Shown here piece by piece: positions 1 through 10,372 of a DNA stretch of 64,000 nucleotides. The notes below the pieces were generated by a model. That model saw only the letters and a program-made list of their open reading frames with translations. It was not told where the DNA came from and ran no database searches. The translations under genes and the position numbers were made by a program. Each line of letters opens with the position of its first letter. Positions within the stretch are counted from its first letter, which is position 1. The DNA lies in the NCBI GenBank assembly GCA_051599415.1, contig AP039694.1, forward strand, positions 434,001 to 498,000. Direction: 5' to 3'. The stretch is from Savitreella phatthalungensis (taxonomy: Eukaryota).

Positions 1-793
1 CTTCCGCTAGTCACGGGTATTAGCCCCGAAGAAATCTATATATCCAGAAACTCTCACTGACACCGAGTTAGAAATCTTGTGGTGAGGCTGGCTCACACCC
101 AGGGAGCCAAGTGGGAAGATATCCTCAAATTCGCTCACCAGGTGTGGAATGCCGAGTTGGATGTCGCTCGCCGTATTGATCGCGGCCTTCTTAGGTTCAG
201 GGGCAAACGCGTCCTGGAACTCGGTGCAGGCACTGGACTCGCAGGCGTAATGGCCGGGTTTGGGGGTGCCGAATGCGTCGTGCTCTCGGACTACCCAGCA
301 CCTGAAATCCTCGATGCGCTCAAGGTCAATGGAGACCGCCTACTGGGCACGGCCGAATGCAGACATACCGTGGTCGGGTACATCTGGGGAGACGATGTCA
401 CACCCTTGTTGACAATACTCGGCGAAGGTGGTCGCTTCGATGCGGTGATCCTGGCAGACTGCTTGTGGATGCCGGACCAGCACGCGTCTCTGTGCAAGAG
501 CCTCCGAGATGTCTTGGCAGAAGATGGTATTGTGTACTGCGTAGCCGGATTCCATTCTGGCAGAGCGAAAATGCAAGCTTTCTTCACATCCGCTGTACCT
601 GATGCTGGACTGCGTGTTCGAAGCATTGTCGAGGAGAATCATCGAGGTGAACAGCGACCATGGGACGCTTTGCGGCACGAAGAAGAGTACGCTGCCGTCA
701 CCGCTTCAAGAGTGATGAAAGTATACTGACAACGATGTTAGCAATATCGAACGGCGGAGATGGCAGGTGATTGCAGAGATTGTGCATCGATGA
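1..793 (+). CDS. Class I SAM-dependent protein methyltransferase, NNT1/EFM7-like; 5' end lies outside the window
   Basis: Motif I VLELGAGTGL, SDYP, and ILADCLW. Introns at 17-71 (GTATTA..CTGAC..TAG) and 687-741 (GTACGC..CTGAC..TAG). Last exon reads DNIERRRWQVIAEIVHR, TGA at 791-793. Confidence 0.8.
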
Positions 794-808
794 GCTGGGA
801 GTCTTCAT

Positions 809-2422
809 TCATCTGGCCTGATCGCGCGAGCCCTCGGTCCGGGTTTCTTCAGGCACGACAGCTTGTCGGTCGACAGGCCTGGCTGTGTGGTGATCGAGCG
901 CGGGGACGTGATGGCCGCTGCGATAGGATGACGAGAAGCTAGCTCGACTGCGGACGCTGTGGGAAGATGGTGCTGCGTGGCCAATGCCGGACCCGGTGGC
1001 GCTGTGCTGCCGCGACACAAAGTAGGCAAGCAACGGAGCGCTCTGATTAACTGACTGGGAGCTCGACAGTCGGTCCAGCCGAGCTCTCCTGAGACTTGTC
1101 CCGGCAGTGGAAGAACCTCCCATGTGACCGGCGCTACCGTCGAAGGTCTGCTGTGGCGAAGGTGCAGTAAGATAGACTGCAGGAACGCGACCGTCTGCGC
1201 CGGTTGACGGCAAACGGCGTCTACCTTGCCGGTGATTCGATCTGTCGAGTGAGTCACGGCCAGCGCTTAATAGTCTCGTCCGCTCGTCTGTCGGTGGACC
1301 ACCTGTGGTGAAAGTCTTGTTCCATGCGCGTTTGAGCTTGTCAGTCCAAGATGTCGCGTCCGAGCTACTAGCGTGGCCAGGTGAGTCATGCGTGTTGTTT
1401 TTGGACTCGTCTTCGTCAGTCTCACGACCGGATGAGATGATGTAAACACCTGAGAATGTGAGAAGGCAGCCGAGGAAGAACGTGAAAAGGTTGACAGCTG
1501 ACATTTTCTGGAAGTCGCGGTAGAGCACGGCACTTCCGACAATCGTGGAGATTGTGAAGGTGACAAATTGCGTCGGTATGACCTGCGTGGCATCGAATCT
1601 TGCAAGCGCTCTGTTCAGGTAGCGAACTTGCATAACAGCGGTGATGATGAGGACCGCGACGAGAGCATAAAAGATTGGGTACGAGAAGACGTTGTAGAAG
1701 AGTGCTGAAAGCAGAGATGATGTTCCTTTCGTGGAAAGGGCTGTGAACGCTCCGAAGAGTGCTACGCAGCCAAGGTCGATCAGTATGTATCTGTCGCCGT
1801 ATTTGGGCGAAAGTGCCATGAGACCGGCGATGAGGATGATGCTGACGAGAGCGTAAATCCTGAAACTGAGTTGCCCGATGGCCTGCTTGATCTCGTCTGG
1901 ATTCAGCTGCGGCTGTTCTTGATCAGAGGAGAGTACGACTGCGACAGCGCCAGCGGCTGCTAGTGCAACGCCTGCAAAGTCCTTTGCACGAAAGTGCTCC
2001 TGCAGGATCAAGGGTGCAAAGATGACGTTTGCAATCAAACCAGTGGTGCCGAGTGTGGCGACGACAGATGCAGGGGCAAATGCATATGCCAGGAAATTGC
2101 CCGTTTCACCTGCAGCCATGAGTACAATGCCTGCCCACCAGTAAGGACTTCGAAGGTAATTGCGCTGTGGTTGCGAGTCTGTTGCCGTAGTTGCGTCTCT
2201 GTCGTCCTCGTGGTTGTTGTGATCACGGTCATTGTAATCATGGGGCTGCTGACGCTCTTCGTCGTTGTGATGATCGTCGTGGGAATCTTCTTCGAGCTTC
2301 TTGTGCGCTAACCGCTGCGTATTGAGCGAAAGTGAGACGACAATGTTGCCGACAATGGCGAGGACGTAACCGAGCCACTGGGGAGGTCCATCGGTTGCTC
2401 TTGTATTTGAATGCATCATCAT
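809..2422 (-). CDS. NIPA-family (DMT) magnesium transporter
   Basis: YLRSPYWWAGIVLMAAGETGNFLAYAFAPASVVATLG and YLNRALARFDATQVIPTQFV; multi-TM. First in-frame ATG at 2422. Confidence 0.9.
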   Translation of the reverse strand: MMMHSNTRATDGPPQWLGYVLAIVGNIVVSLSLNTQRLAHKKLEEDSHDDHHNDEERQQPHDYNDRDHNNHEDDRDATTATDSQPQRNYLRSPYWWAGIVLMAAGETGNFLAYAFAPASVVATLGTTGLIANVIFAPLILQEHFRAKDFAGVALAAAGAVAVVLSSDQEQPQLNPDEIKQAIGQLSFRIYALVSIILIAGLMALSPKYGDRYILIDLGCVALFGAFTALSTKGTSSLLSALFYNVFSYPIFYALVAVLIITAVMQVRYLNRALARFDATQVIPTQFVTFTISTIVGSAVLYRDFQKMSAVNLFTFFLGCLLTFSGVYIISSGRETDEDESKNNTHDSPGHASSSDATSWTDKLKRAWNKTFTTGGPPTDERTRLLSAGRDSLDRSNHRQGRRRLPSTGADGRVPAVYLTAPSPQQTFDGSAGHMGGSSTAGTSLRRARLDRLSSSQSVNQSAPLLAYFVSRQHSATGSGIGHAAPSSHSVRSRASFSSSYRSGHHVPALDHHTARPVDRQAVVPEETRTEGSRDQAR

Positions 2423-3139
2423 TCGAAGAAATTTGGATTGACTTGATGGTTGTGTTGAGAGTGGTATCAAGCAGGTGACATGATGACGGGGGTGTTATAG
2501 AATGGACATGGCAAGATGGGAACACTGTACTCAAGTGACAGGTGAGGTTTGATGACTGTGGATGTCGTGATTGATGAGAAGGTCAGATGTAAGATCCTGA
2601 GCGTTCGAATGACTGAGCTGACTTGATGTTGTAGGAGATGATGGTGGAAGCGTGTATGGAGTTGAGTATGTGAATGAGTGTGTGTATGTGGGTGTATGTG
2701 AGTGTATGTGTGATTAGAGTGGATGAGCATGTGATGCATGACCATCTTTTCTTTTTCTTCTTTTTCTTCTGATGCATGTTTCACGCCTGGCGACCTGTTT
2801 ATGCGCTTGATCAGTTGTTTTTCTCTTTATTTGACCTCGGACTACTTGACTCGATAGAAACTGACGTCAATTCAACCTTGAAAATTATCCGATGCACACT
2901 TACACACTCACACCATGGATATCATCTGAATCTTTGAATAGACATCACCGATCCGTGCAGGCACTTTCCTCGTCCTCATACACCCTCAAAGGCTTCATTG
3001 ACTTCCGCTCTTCTCTCCAGGAATGAGTCACGACATGCGCTAGCTTTGTAAGTGGCAATTCATTTGACTAAGAATCCGTGAAAACTGTAGGGTGGTAGGG
3101 AAATTGGTGTGACGTGATTCTCAACCTCCGGAATTCTTC

Positions 3140-4920
3140 CTAGTGATCGACCTTGATCGTGCCTTCGACAGCTTCGAATTCCCTGAAGAATGCTTCCCAG
3201 TACTTGACGCCGAGTCCAGGGTCCTTGCTGCCAGTCGTTGCACGGATACTGTGCATCGCGAGCTGAGGGATTCCCATGTCGAGCGCGCGCATGCCTGTGG
3301 CTTTGCTGAGCATCGGTCTGTTTGTGGCGTCAGTCAATTCTGTCTTTCAAGGACTCAGATCTCTATGGCACATACCCGATCGTGCCGCCCGAAGGCTGTC
3401 CGTTGCGGATCTGGAAGAGTTGAAGCTTGGTGCCGACCTTGTCAGCAATCCGCTGGCACAGCACCTTTCCTGGTGCATCTGTTGTCATCTGTGTTACATG
3501 TCAGCATGGCTCCGCCGCAGTCGTCCTGACAAATCACATACATGAGCATTGGCGTCACACGAGATAACAGGTCCGACGTTGAGCCTCGGTGACATGTTGG
3601 GTTCGTATGCATAGGCAAACTAAAAGGAGGTTAGTCTCGGACTGTTGCGTGGACATGGCGAGCTGAATAGGGAGGGCCGCACGTTCGGGTTGACTGCGTG
3701 AATGACCTAGAACATGGGCGTCAGCAAATCTTTAAAACTCACGTTTGGGTTAACGGCGTGCTTTACATCGGCAGAAATGAAGAATGACTTTGCGTAAGTC
3801 TGGGTGACCTTGTTGCCGAGGCCAGCGTTGCTTGGCTTGAGCACATCAACGATCCGTTCGACCACGGATTGCAGGAAGTTGCCGCCGGCGCCCTGACGAA
3901 GGCCCGAGCCAACTTCTTCGTCGTCTGCCAGGAATATCATGCTGATCGTCCCGGACTTGGCAAGGAATTCCTTGTCAGCTGTCGCCCGCAGCAGTGCCTC
4001 CGCAGCTGCGTAAGAGCATAGCTTGTCGTCACAGCGCGGCACAGACAGAAGCTCACGCTCCAGGCCGAAAGGCTGAGCAGCCTGATAATCAAACAGCTCC
4101 AGCTCAATGTCCTTGATCGCTTCAACCTCGACACCGAGCTGCTTAGCGACTGCCTTGAGCAAGCGTGGTGAGTGGTTTGACTGTGGATTGTTGAGGGCGT
4201 CCTTTGCTGTCAGTGCGCTGAATTGCTTCTCAAGTTCCTGTTCAAGTCCAATGATCGGGGTCATGTTGGTCTCCTTATCGAATGGACCGTTCGCGATGCT
4301 GCCAAAGTGTGGCGCGAGTGAAGGAATTTTGGCGACAGGATAAGGTAGGCGGACGAGTTTCTGAACGATGTCGTCTCCTTCCGAAACCATCACTCGCCCA
4401 GCTAGACCAAGATCGCGGTCCCACCAGGTCATGTTGTCGGCGCCCTATCATCGTTAGTCTCAGTCGCTAAAATTCCGATTGGAACAAGGAGAGATCATAC
4501 TGCGTAAGGTGCGACGCCAAGCTGCAGAAATCCGCAATTGGACGCCTTCGAGACGGGCTTGACGCGAAGGGTGAGGGCATCAATGTGTGTACCGATTAGC
4601 GCGACACCATTTCCTGCTTCGTATTTGCCCCCGAGAGCAAAGGCGATCAGCGAGGAGTAGTTACGAGTGAGAAAATACTTGCCACCTGGCTTGAGCTGCT
4701 TTGCCCAGTCATCCCGCTCGGTCAAGTGGACATACCCAGCGGCCTTGAGCGTCTTTGCATAGTGCTCAACAGCGTGGAAGACAGTTGGAGCGTCGTTCAA
4801 GAAATCGCAGAATCCTTGGCCATAGCCATCGTATTCGTCAGCAGCAGCACAGTCTGCTGTGGCCGGAACTGAGACGTCTACTGCGCCAAACTCGTCGTCG
4901 TACTTGATATTGACACGCAT
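3140..4920 (-). CDS. M18-family metallo-aminopeptidase (vacuolar aminopeptidase I/Lap4- or aspartyl aminopeptidase-like), spliced
   Basis: Motifs GTHIDAL, TWWDRDLGLAGRV, RCDDKLC, DDEEVGS, SADVxHAVNPN, SGGTIGP, DMGIPQLAMHSIR. Exons 4920-4501, 4444-3767 (or -3743), micro-exon 3706-3683, 3619-3542, 3488-3376, 3317-3140. All introns GT..AG with branch points. Confidence 0.93.
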
Positions 4921-5216
4921 TGGGGTCTAATGAAGAAGCAGAGTGGGGAAATTTAAAGATGTCTGAGTTAATGAGCGACTTGCCAGTGTCGTCTGTAGGA
5001 TGTGGGCCTCGGAGTGTGGATGATTGTTTCTTAAGTGAGCGTCTATACGTGCTTGAGTGTGTGTGCGTATGCGTGTCTCTGTCTTGACGGTTGCCCCACG
5101 CTCATACGTGACTCCGGGTATCTCAGTCGATAGATGGGATGGGGGGATGGTTGGAGGATACTGTGTACGTACGGGTAGGCGTAGATGTTGATCTGTGTGA
5201 TTGATTGAACATGATC

Positions 5217-5238
5217 GATTGATTGATTGATTGATTGA
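5217..5238. repeat. (GATT)n tetranucleotide microsatellite in the divergent promoter
   Basis: gattgattgattgattgattga read directly. Confidence 0.85.
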
Positions 5239-5534
5239 ATTTGATCCATCAATCAATGCATTCCAGCGTCATTCACCAAACACTCACTTGACTTCACTCG
5301 AAAGTCACTCACACTGTAGATGACATCGAAGATACCGCTGCCAGCAAACATACAAAAGTTCCGAAAATAGAGGCGATAAGCGAGTAAATCAAAGTTTCTA
5401 TACGCTCTGCAGCTCCTGAAGCTGTATCAAGAGACAGCCAGGGCTCTCGGCTGTCCCTCAGCGTGTCTCGGCGCTTGACCTAACTTCGCTCGTCTGAACA
5501 GGCGGATCTTGAGGTCTGTGTCTGATTCGCAGCC

Positions 5535-7229
5535 ATGTCAGACACAGCCTCAACCGAGGTCAAACGATCAAGCTTCCTTGTAGGGCGACCTTTGCTTTAC
5601 TTCACATCATGCTTCGTATCTCTGGGTTGTTTCCTTTTCGGCTTCGATCAAGGAGTCATGTCGGCGCTGATCCCAAATCCCTGGTTCAAAGACTTCTTTG
5701 ATCAACCGTCATCGACGGAGATAGGCACAATGGTGTCGGTGCTCGAGATTGGTGCGCTTATTTCCTCGCTGGCTGTGGGTCGAATCGGCGATATTCTCGG
5801 CAGAAAGAGGACGATTTTCTGGGGAGCAGTGATCTTTGTGATCGGCGGGGCATTACAGACATTCTGCCCAACCTACAACGTCATGATCGCAGGTCGAGTC
5901 GTCGCCGGCTTAGGTGTCGGCATGCTTTCTACCATCGTTCCAGTCTACCAATCGGAGATATCTCCTGCACACGACCGCGGACGATTGGCATGTATCGAGT
6001 TTACCGGCAATATCATCGGCTACGCCTCCAGTGTCTGGATCGACTACGCATGCTCGTACATCGAGAGCGACTACAGCTGGAGACTACCACTTCTGATGCA
6101 GTGTGTGATGGGCGGTATCCTTGCGATCGGCGCGACCGTCATCCCAGAGTCACCACGGTGGCTGCTTGACCACAATCACGACGAGGAAGGTATGATCGTG
6201 TTGGCGAATTTCTATGGCGGTGGCGATCCACGAAATGACATGGCGCGGTCTGAGTTCCGCGACATCAAAGAGACTGTGATCCAGATGCATGCAGAAGGTG
6301 AACGCTCATACGCTGAGATGTTTAGAAGGTATAAAACGCGGTTGTTCATCGCTATGTCTTCCCAGGCATTCGCTCAGCTGAACGGCATTAACGTCATCTC
6401 CTACTACTGCCCGCTTGTCTTCGAGCAGGCTGGCTGGGTAGGACGCGATGCGATCCTGATGACTGGATTCAATGGTCTCATCTACGTGGCATCGACCATC
6501 CTCCCGTGGTATGTGATCGACTCTTGGGGTCGACGGCCAATTCTTCTATCGGGTGCCATCATCATGTGCATTTCTCTTTCAGCCATTGCATACTTCATCA
6601 AGATCGATGTCTCATACACGCCCACTTTCGTTGTCGGCCTCGTAATCATCTACAACGCTGCGTTCGGCTACAGTTGGGGCCCGGTTCCTTGGCTGTTGCC
6701 TTCCGAGGTGCTGCCATTGAGCGTGCGCGCACGCGGAGCTTCCCTCTCGACCGCTGTCAATTGGTTGACAAATTGGTACATTGGCATCTCGACGCCGATT
6801 CTGCAGGAACGAATCGGATTCTGGCTCTACATCATCTTGGCTCTATCGTGCGCCGTCAGCGCTGTCGTCGTGGCGATGTTCTACCCAGAGACAAAAGGCC
6901 TCGCGCTTGAGGACATGGACGACTTGTTTGGTGACCAGTCAGTCGCACCTACTCCTCGCGGCGCAGAATCGCAGTCTTTGTTCGATGCAGGTGAGCGCGA
7001 TTCTGAGGCCAACGTCACCGGCGCTGCCAATCAACTAGGCGCAGCAGAGCCTCCTGACGACGAGCAGATCCTCAAATACTTGCAAGAGCAGTCCCGCAGG
7101 ACAGATCTGTCTGCTATCTTCGACAGGCTCCGAGGCGTCCAACAGCAGCAGCAGTCAACTGACAACTCCGATGGACCAGCGTCACCAGACGAGCGATCTT
7201 CTTTGCTTGCACACGACCGCAGCAAGTGA
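5535..7229 (+). CDS. MFS sugar porter family transporter
   Basis: FGFDQG, GDILGRK, VPVYQSEISP, PESPRWL, QLNGINVISYY, DSWGRR, WGPVPW, PETKG. Confidence 0.95.
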   Translation: MSDTASTEVKRSSFLVGRPLLYFTSCFVSLGCFLFGFDQGVMSALIPNPWFKDFFDQPSSTEIGTMVSVLEIGALISSLAVGRIGDILGRKRTIFWGAVIFVIGGALQTFCPTYNVMIAGRVVAGLGVGMLSTIVPVYQSEISPAHDRGRLACIEFTGNIIGYASSVWIDYACSYIESDYSWRLPLLMQCVMGGILAIGATVIPESPRWLLDHNHDEEGMIVLANFYGGGDPRNDMARSEFRDIKETVIQMHAEGERSYAEMFRRYKTRLFIAMSSQAFAQLNGINVISYYCPLVFEQAGWVGRDAILMTGFNGLIYVASTILPWYVIDSWGRRPILLSGAIIMCISLSAIAYFIKIDVSYTPTFVVGLVIIYNAAFGYSWGPVPWLLPSEVLPLSVRARGASLSTAVNWLTNWYIGISTPILQERIGFWLYIILALSCAVSAVVVAMFYPETKGLALEDMDDLFGDQSVAPTPRGAESQSLFDAGERDSEANVTGAANQLGAAEPPDDEQILKYLQEQSRRTDLSAIFDRLRGVQQQQQSTDNSDGPASPDERSSLLAHDRSK

Positions 7230-7379
7230 TACGGCAGGACAGGCCAGTGGAGGCGAAACTTAACATCGAGGTGAATTGACGAGGTTCAGGAAAGCGATAA
7301 ACGAGGTCAGGTCCGCGGCGACGGAAGATCCTCCATAGACAATGCATACACATCATCGATCGTGCCATACTTGGATAAC

Positions 7380-8240
7380 TCAGAGTCTGGCGGTGAGTCG
7401 CTTGTCGCGCTGTGATTTTGTGAAGATGCAGACCTCCGTGAGCTCATCGATTGAGTCAATTATGAAATCGACGTAGTCCTTCAAGTTCGGGTCTTCGCCA
7501 TTCGGCTCCTCGCCCTCCCTGCGGATATAGACTGTGGTCATGCCTCTTGCCTTTGCATTCTGTAGATCGCTCAGGTGTGCTGCGACCATGGCGCCTGCTG
7601 CCTTTCTATCCGACATCGACAGCAGATCGAGCGCGCCGTCGTACACGACCTTGTTCCCCTTGCACGATCCGAACAACTCAGAGCTCAAGATCAGATCCCA
7701 CTCGAGGCCAGCGTACTTGGCCATATCCGCTAGCAGCCGCGTATTCCCATTGCTCAGGGTGGCTGTCATCACACCGGTCTCACGCTTCAGTCGGAGTATC
7801 CCAGGGGCCGCATCCCGCCATGGCTCGAGCTTGTGCCAGCAGAGGTTAAGCTCGTCTAGGAGTTGTTTGTCCCGTGGCTCATTTTCCTCGTTGATGATGT
7901 GGGTGAGGTCGAAGTCGTGTATGAGGCGCGAGAGGATTTTGCGATGCTCGACGTCGACTTTGTGGTTGCCGTCTGCGACGGAGACAGGTGCCTGTCTAGA
8001 CGAGATGCTCTTGGTGAAGGCGTAGTACCCGTTCCGCCAGGCTTCTGCGAACTTCTCCACGAGACCGGTCGCCACAAGCTGCGTTCCAGGCACACGCTTC
8101 TTTTTCGTCAGGAACTCATACAACGCGCCCTCAACAGAACCACGCCAGTCGACCATCGTCCCAAACACATCGAAGAAGCATACCTCGATCGGTGGAGGTT
8201 GCACATCACCCCGGCTCTTCCAAACGTGCTCGATCGCCAT
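7380..8240 (-). CDS. HAD-superfamily hydrolase (haloacid dehalogenase type II-like) ending in PTS1-like ARL
   Basis: FFDVFGTMVDW, TLSNG, AMVAAHLSDL, GMTTVYIRR; C-terminus ...RLTARL. Confidence 0.88.
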   Translation of the reverse strand: MAIEHVWKSRGDVQPPPIEVCFFDVFGTMVDWRGSVEGALYEFLTKKKRVPGTQLVATGLVEKFAEAWRNGYYAFTKSISSRQAPVSVADGNHKVDVEHRKILSRLIHDFDLTHIINEENEPRDKQLLDELNLCWHKLEPWRDAAPGILRLKRETGVMTATLSNGNTRLLADMAKYAGLEWDLILSSELFGSCKGNKVVYDGALDLLSMSDRKAAGAMVAAHLSDLQNAKARGMTTVYIRREGEEPNGEDPNLKDYVDFIIDSIDELTEVCIFTKSQRDKRLTARL

Positions 8241-8420
8241 CGAATGACAGTGACGTATATGAAAGGAGGTCTCGTCGCTTACACTTGCCCAGTCAAGGTT
8301 GTTCTTTGGAACGCTAATTGACTAGTAGTGGTCCGATGAAGGGAGTGGTGAGTGTTCAGGTTCGTATATCGGTGCCGCCTAGATGAAAAGATGGCAGTTG
8401 ATTTTCACGTGGTAGGTCAA

Positions 8421-8563
8421 CCCCGCAGATCCACAATTTTTATCTGTTTCATCTGTCACACACAGTCGCACAGAGTTTGACCAATCAACGAATGGAATCT
8501 CGCCAATTGACCAATCAAAAGTGAATCCCAGGAGAACGCTACACGCACATTTCTCCACCCCGC
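8421..8563. promoter_or_regulatory. Tandem CCAAT boxes and CreA/Mig1-like sites in the HAD/carboxylesterase divergent promoter
   Basis: TTGACCAATCAA at 8477-8488 and 8507-8518; CCCCGC (SYGGRG reverse complement) at 8421 and 8558. Confidence 0.4.
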
Positions 8564-8755
8564 ATTGGCGCCACCGTCAATCATGTAATTTCTGAAAGGA
8601 TGCCCCTGGCACAGGGTGAGAATCCACCTAGCTCAGGCTTTCGTCCTTCTGTAGCTCCGAAAGTCAACCTATGTTGTGCTATGGTATAAATCTTGTGGGT
8701 CTGCCACTTTGAGGAAGACTTATCCTTCTTCGCCTTCCTCATTCTTGCACGATCA

Positions 8756-10315
8756 ATGCTGTTCTTGAACTTGGCGGCGTACGCCGGTATGGCTGCGGCT
8801 GTGCCTGCGGTCCGGTCATTCAATACGCAGCCTGCGCTGCCTGTGGTGACTGTTGCTGAGGGTCCCATCCAAGGGTCTCGGACGAGCTTGTCTGCTGGCG
8901 GTCCAGTTGTGACCAAGTACGCTGGTATCCCGTTCGCAGCATCCCCTATTCGATTCGCACCGCCACAAGCCCCGGCCACCCGAACCACCACCCTCGCAGC
9001 CACGACCACCCAGCCAGCATGCATCCAGCAATTCATCGGAGGACCAGGCTCATCCGACCGCGTCAAGGCCGTCTTCAACAACCCAGGGCTCCCGCCTCCG
9101 GCAGAGTCAGAAGATTGCCTGTATCTGAACGTGTACGTGCCTCCTGGTACGACTAGCACATCTGGCAAGGCATCTCTGTTCTGGATCTTTGGCGGGAACC
9201 TGCAGTTTGGAACCGGAGGACTGGCATACTACGACGGGACTGCGATTGCCGGTAGCGAGGATGTGATTGTGGTGACGCCTAATTACAGGACGAATGTGTT
9301 TGGTTTCCCGAACGCGCCTGCGATCACGGACACTGCACAGCAGAATCCTGGGTTTTTGGATCAGCGAGCTGCCCTGCAGTGGTGGCACAAGAATGCTCGC
9401 GCCTTTGGCGCTGACCCAGCCCGCGTCACCATCTTCGGTGAGAGCGCGGGAGGGTGGTCGGTGAAGCAGCTGCTTGCGCTGCCGCCCTCTGGCCCTAGCC
9501 AGTTCTCCGGCGCAATCATGGAGTCCGAGGCCGTCACCAACTCGTACAACGGCGCGGCCTCCTGGACTGCGCTCCAGACGCAACTCGGCTGTCTCACGGT
9601 CGACTGCGTTCGCAAGGTCGATGCCCAGAAGATCAAGTCCATCATCGAGCAGCAGTCCCTGCTGTTCCCGCCGCAAATCAACGGTGTGACTGCGGTGAAC
9701 GACGTCAGGCCGTCGATCACGTCTGGAACGTTTGCCAAGGTGCCGTTTATGCTGGGTACGAACAAGGATGAGGGACGGGCGTTTGCGTATGTGTTTGGAC
9801 TGGATGACACTGCTAGTTCTGCGACGACGCTTGCGAAGCTTGGTGTGCCTGATGCGGTAGCGAATGCTGGTTACTACGGGTTCAGTGATGCGCTCACGTA
9901 CGGTGTGTTCCAGTGCCCTGCTGCTGAGATTGCGTCACTCGCGACCGCGCACGGCTACGGTGTTTGGCGGTACAGGTTTGAGGCTAGTTTCCCGAACGTC
10001 AACACGTTCCCGAACGCTGGCGCCTACCACTCTGTCGAGATCCCAGAGGTCTTTGGCACCTACCCGACATCCAACATTTACGGCTCAGCCACTCAGAACC
10101 AGATCAACCTCTCGACCTACATGCGCAGGGCGTGGGGCAACTTTGCGAAATCGCGCAATCCAGGCGCAGATTGGCCATCGTATGCTTCCAATGCAGCGGT
10201 CCAGGTCCTAGGCGGAGCCAGCGCGCCTGCTTCAGGGTTTACGTCGAATGCAGCTGCGGTCGACACCAACTGCACTGCACTCGCCCCCGCGTTCAAGACG
10301 GTGCTCCCGTTGTAG
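8756..10315 (+). CDS. Secreted type-B carboxylesterase/lipase
   Basis: Signal peptide from ATG 8756; GIPFA, SEDCLYLNVY, FGGNL, FGESAG nucleophile elbow, GTNKDEG, GAYHSVEI. Confidence 0.93.
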   Translation: MLFLNLAAYAGMAAAVPAVRSFNTQPALPVVTVAEGPIQGSRTSLSAGGPVVTKYAGIPFAASPIRFAPPQAPATRTTTLAATTTQPACIQQFIGGPGSSDRVKAVFNNPGLPPPAESEDCLYLNVYVPPGTTSTSGKASLFWIFGGNLQFGTGGLAYYDGTAIAGSEDVIVVTPNYRTNVFGFPNAPAITDTAQQNPGFLDQRAALQWWHKNARAFGADPARVTIFGESAGGWSVKQLLALPPSGPSQFSGAIMESEAVTNSYNGAASWTALQTQLGCLTVDCVRKVDAQKIKSIIEQQSLLFPPQINGVTAVNDVRPSITSGTFAKVPFMLGTNKDEGRAFAYVFGLDDTASSATTLAKLGVPDAVANAGYYGFSDALTYGVFQCPAAEIASLATAHGYGVWRYRFEASFPNVNTFPNAGAYHSVEIPEVFGTYPTSNIYGSATQNQINLSTYMRRAWGNFAKSRNPGADWPSYASNAAVQVLGGASAPASGFTSNAAAVDTNCTALAPAFKTVLPL

Positions 10316-10372
10316 ATGTCAGGAGATCTATGTATGTACGTGTTTGGGATATGTACGGTTGGTAGTGTGGTG

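Noticed and set aside
4927..4990. Possible GC-AG 5' UTR intron of the aminopeptidase
   Set aside because: No suitably placed branch point.
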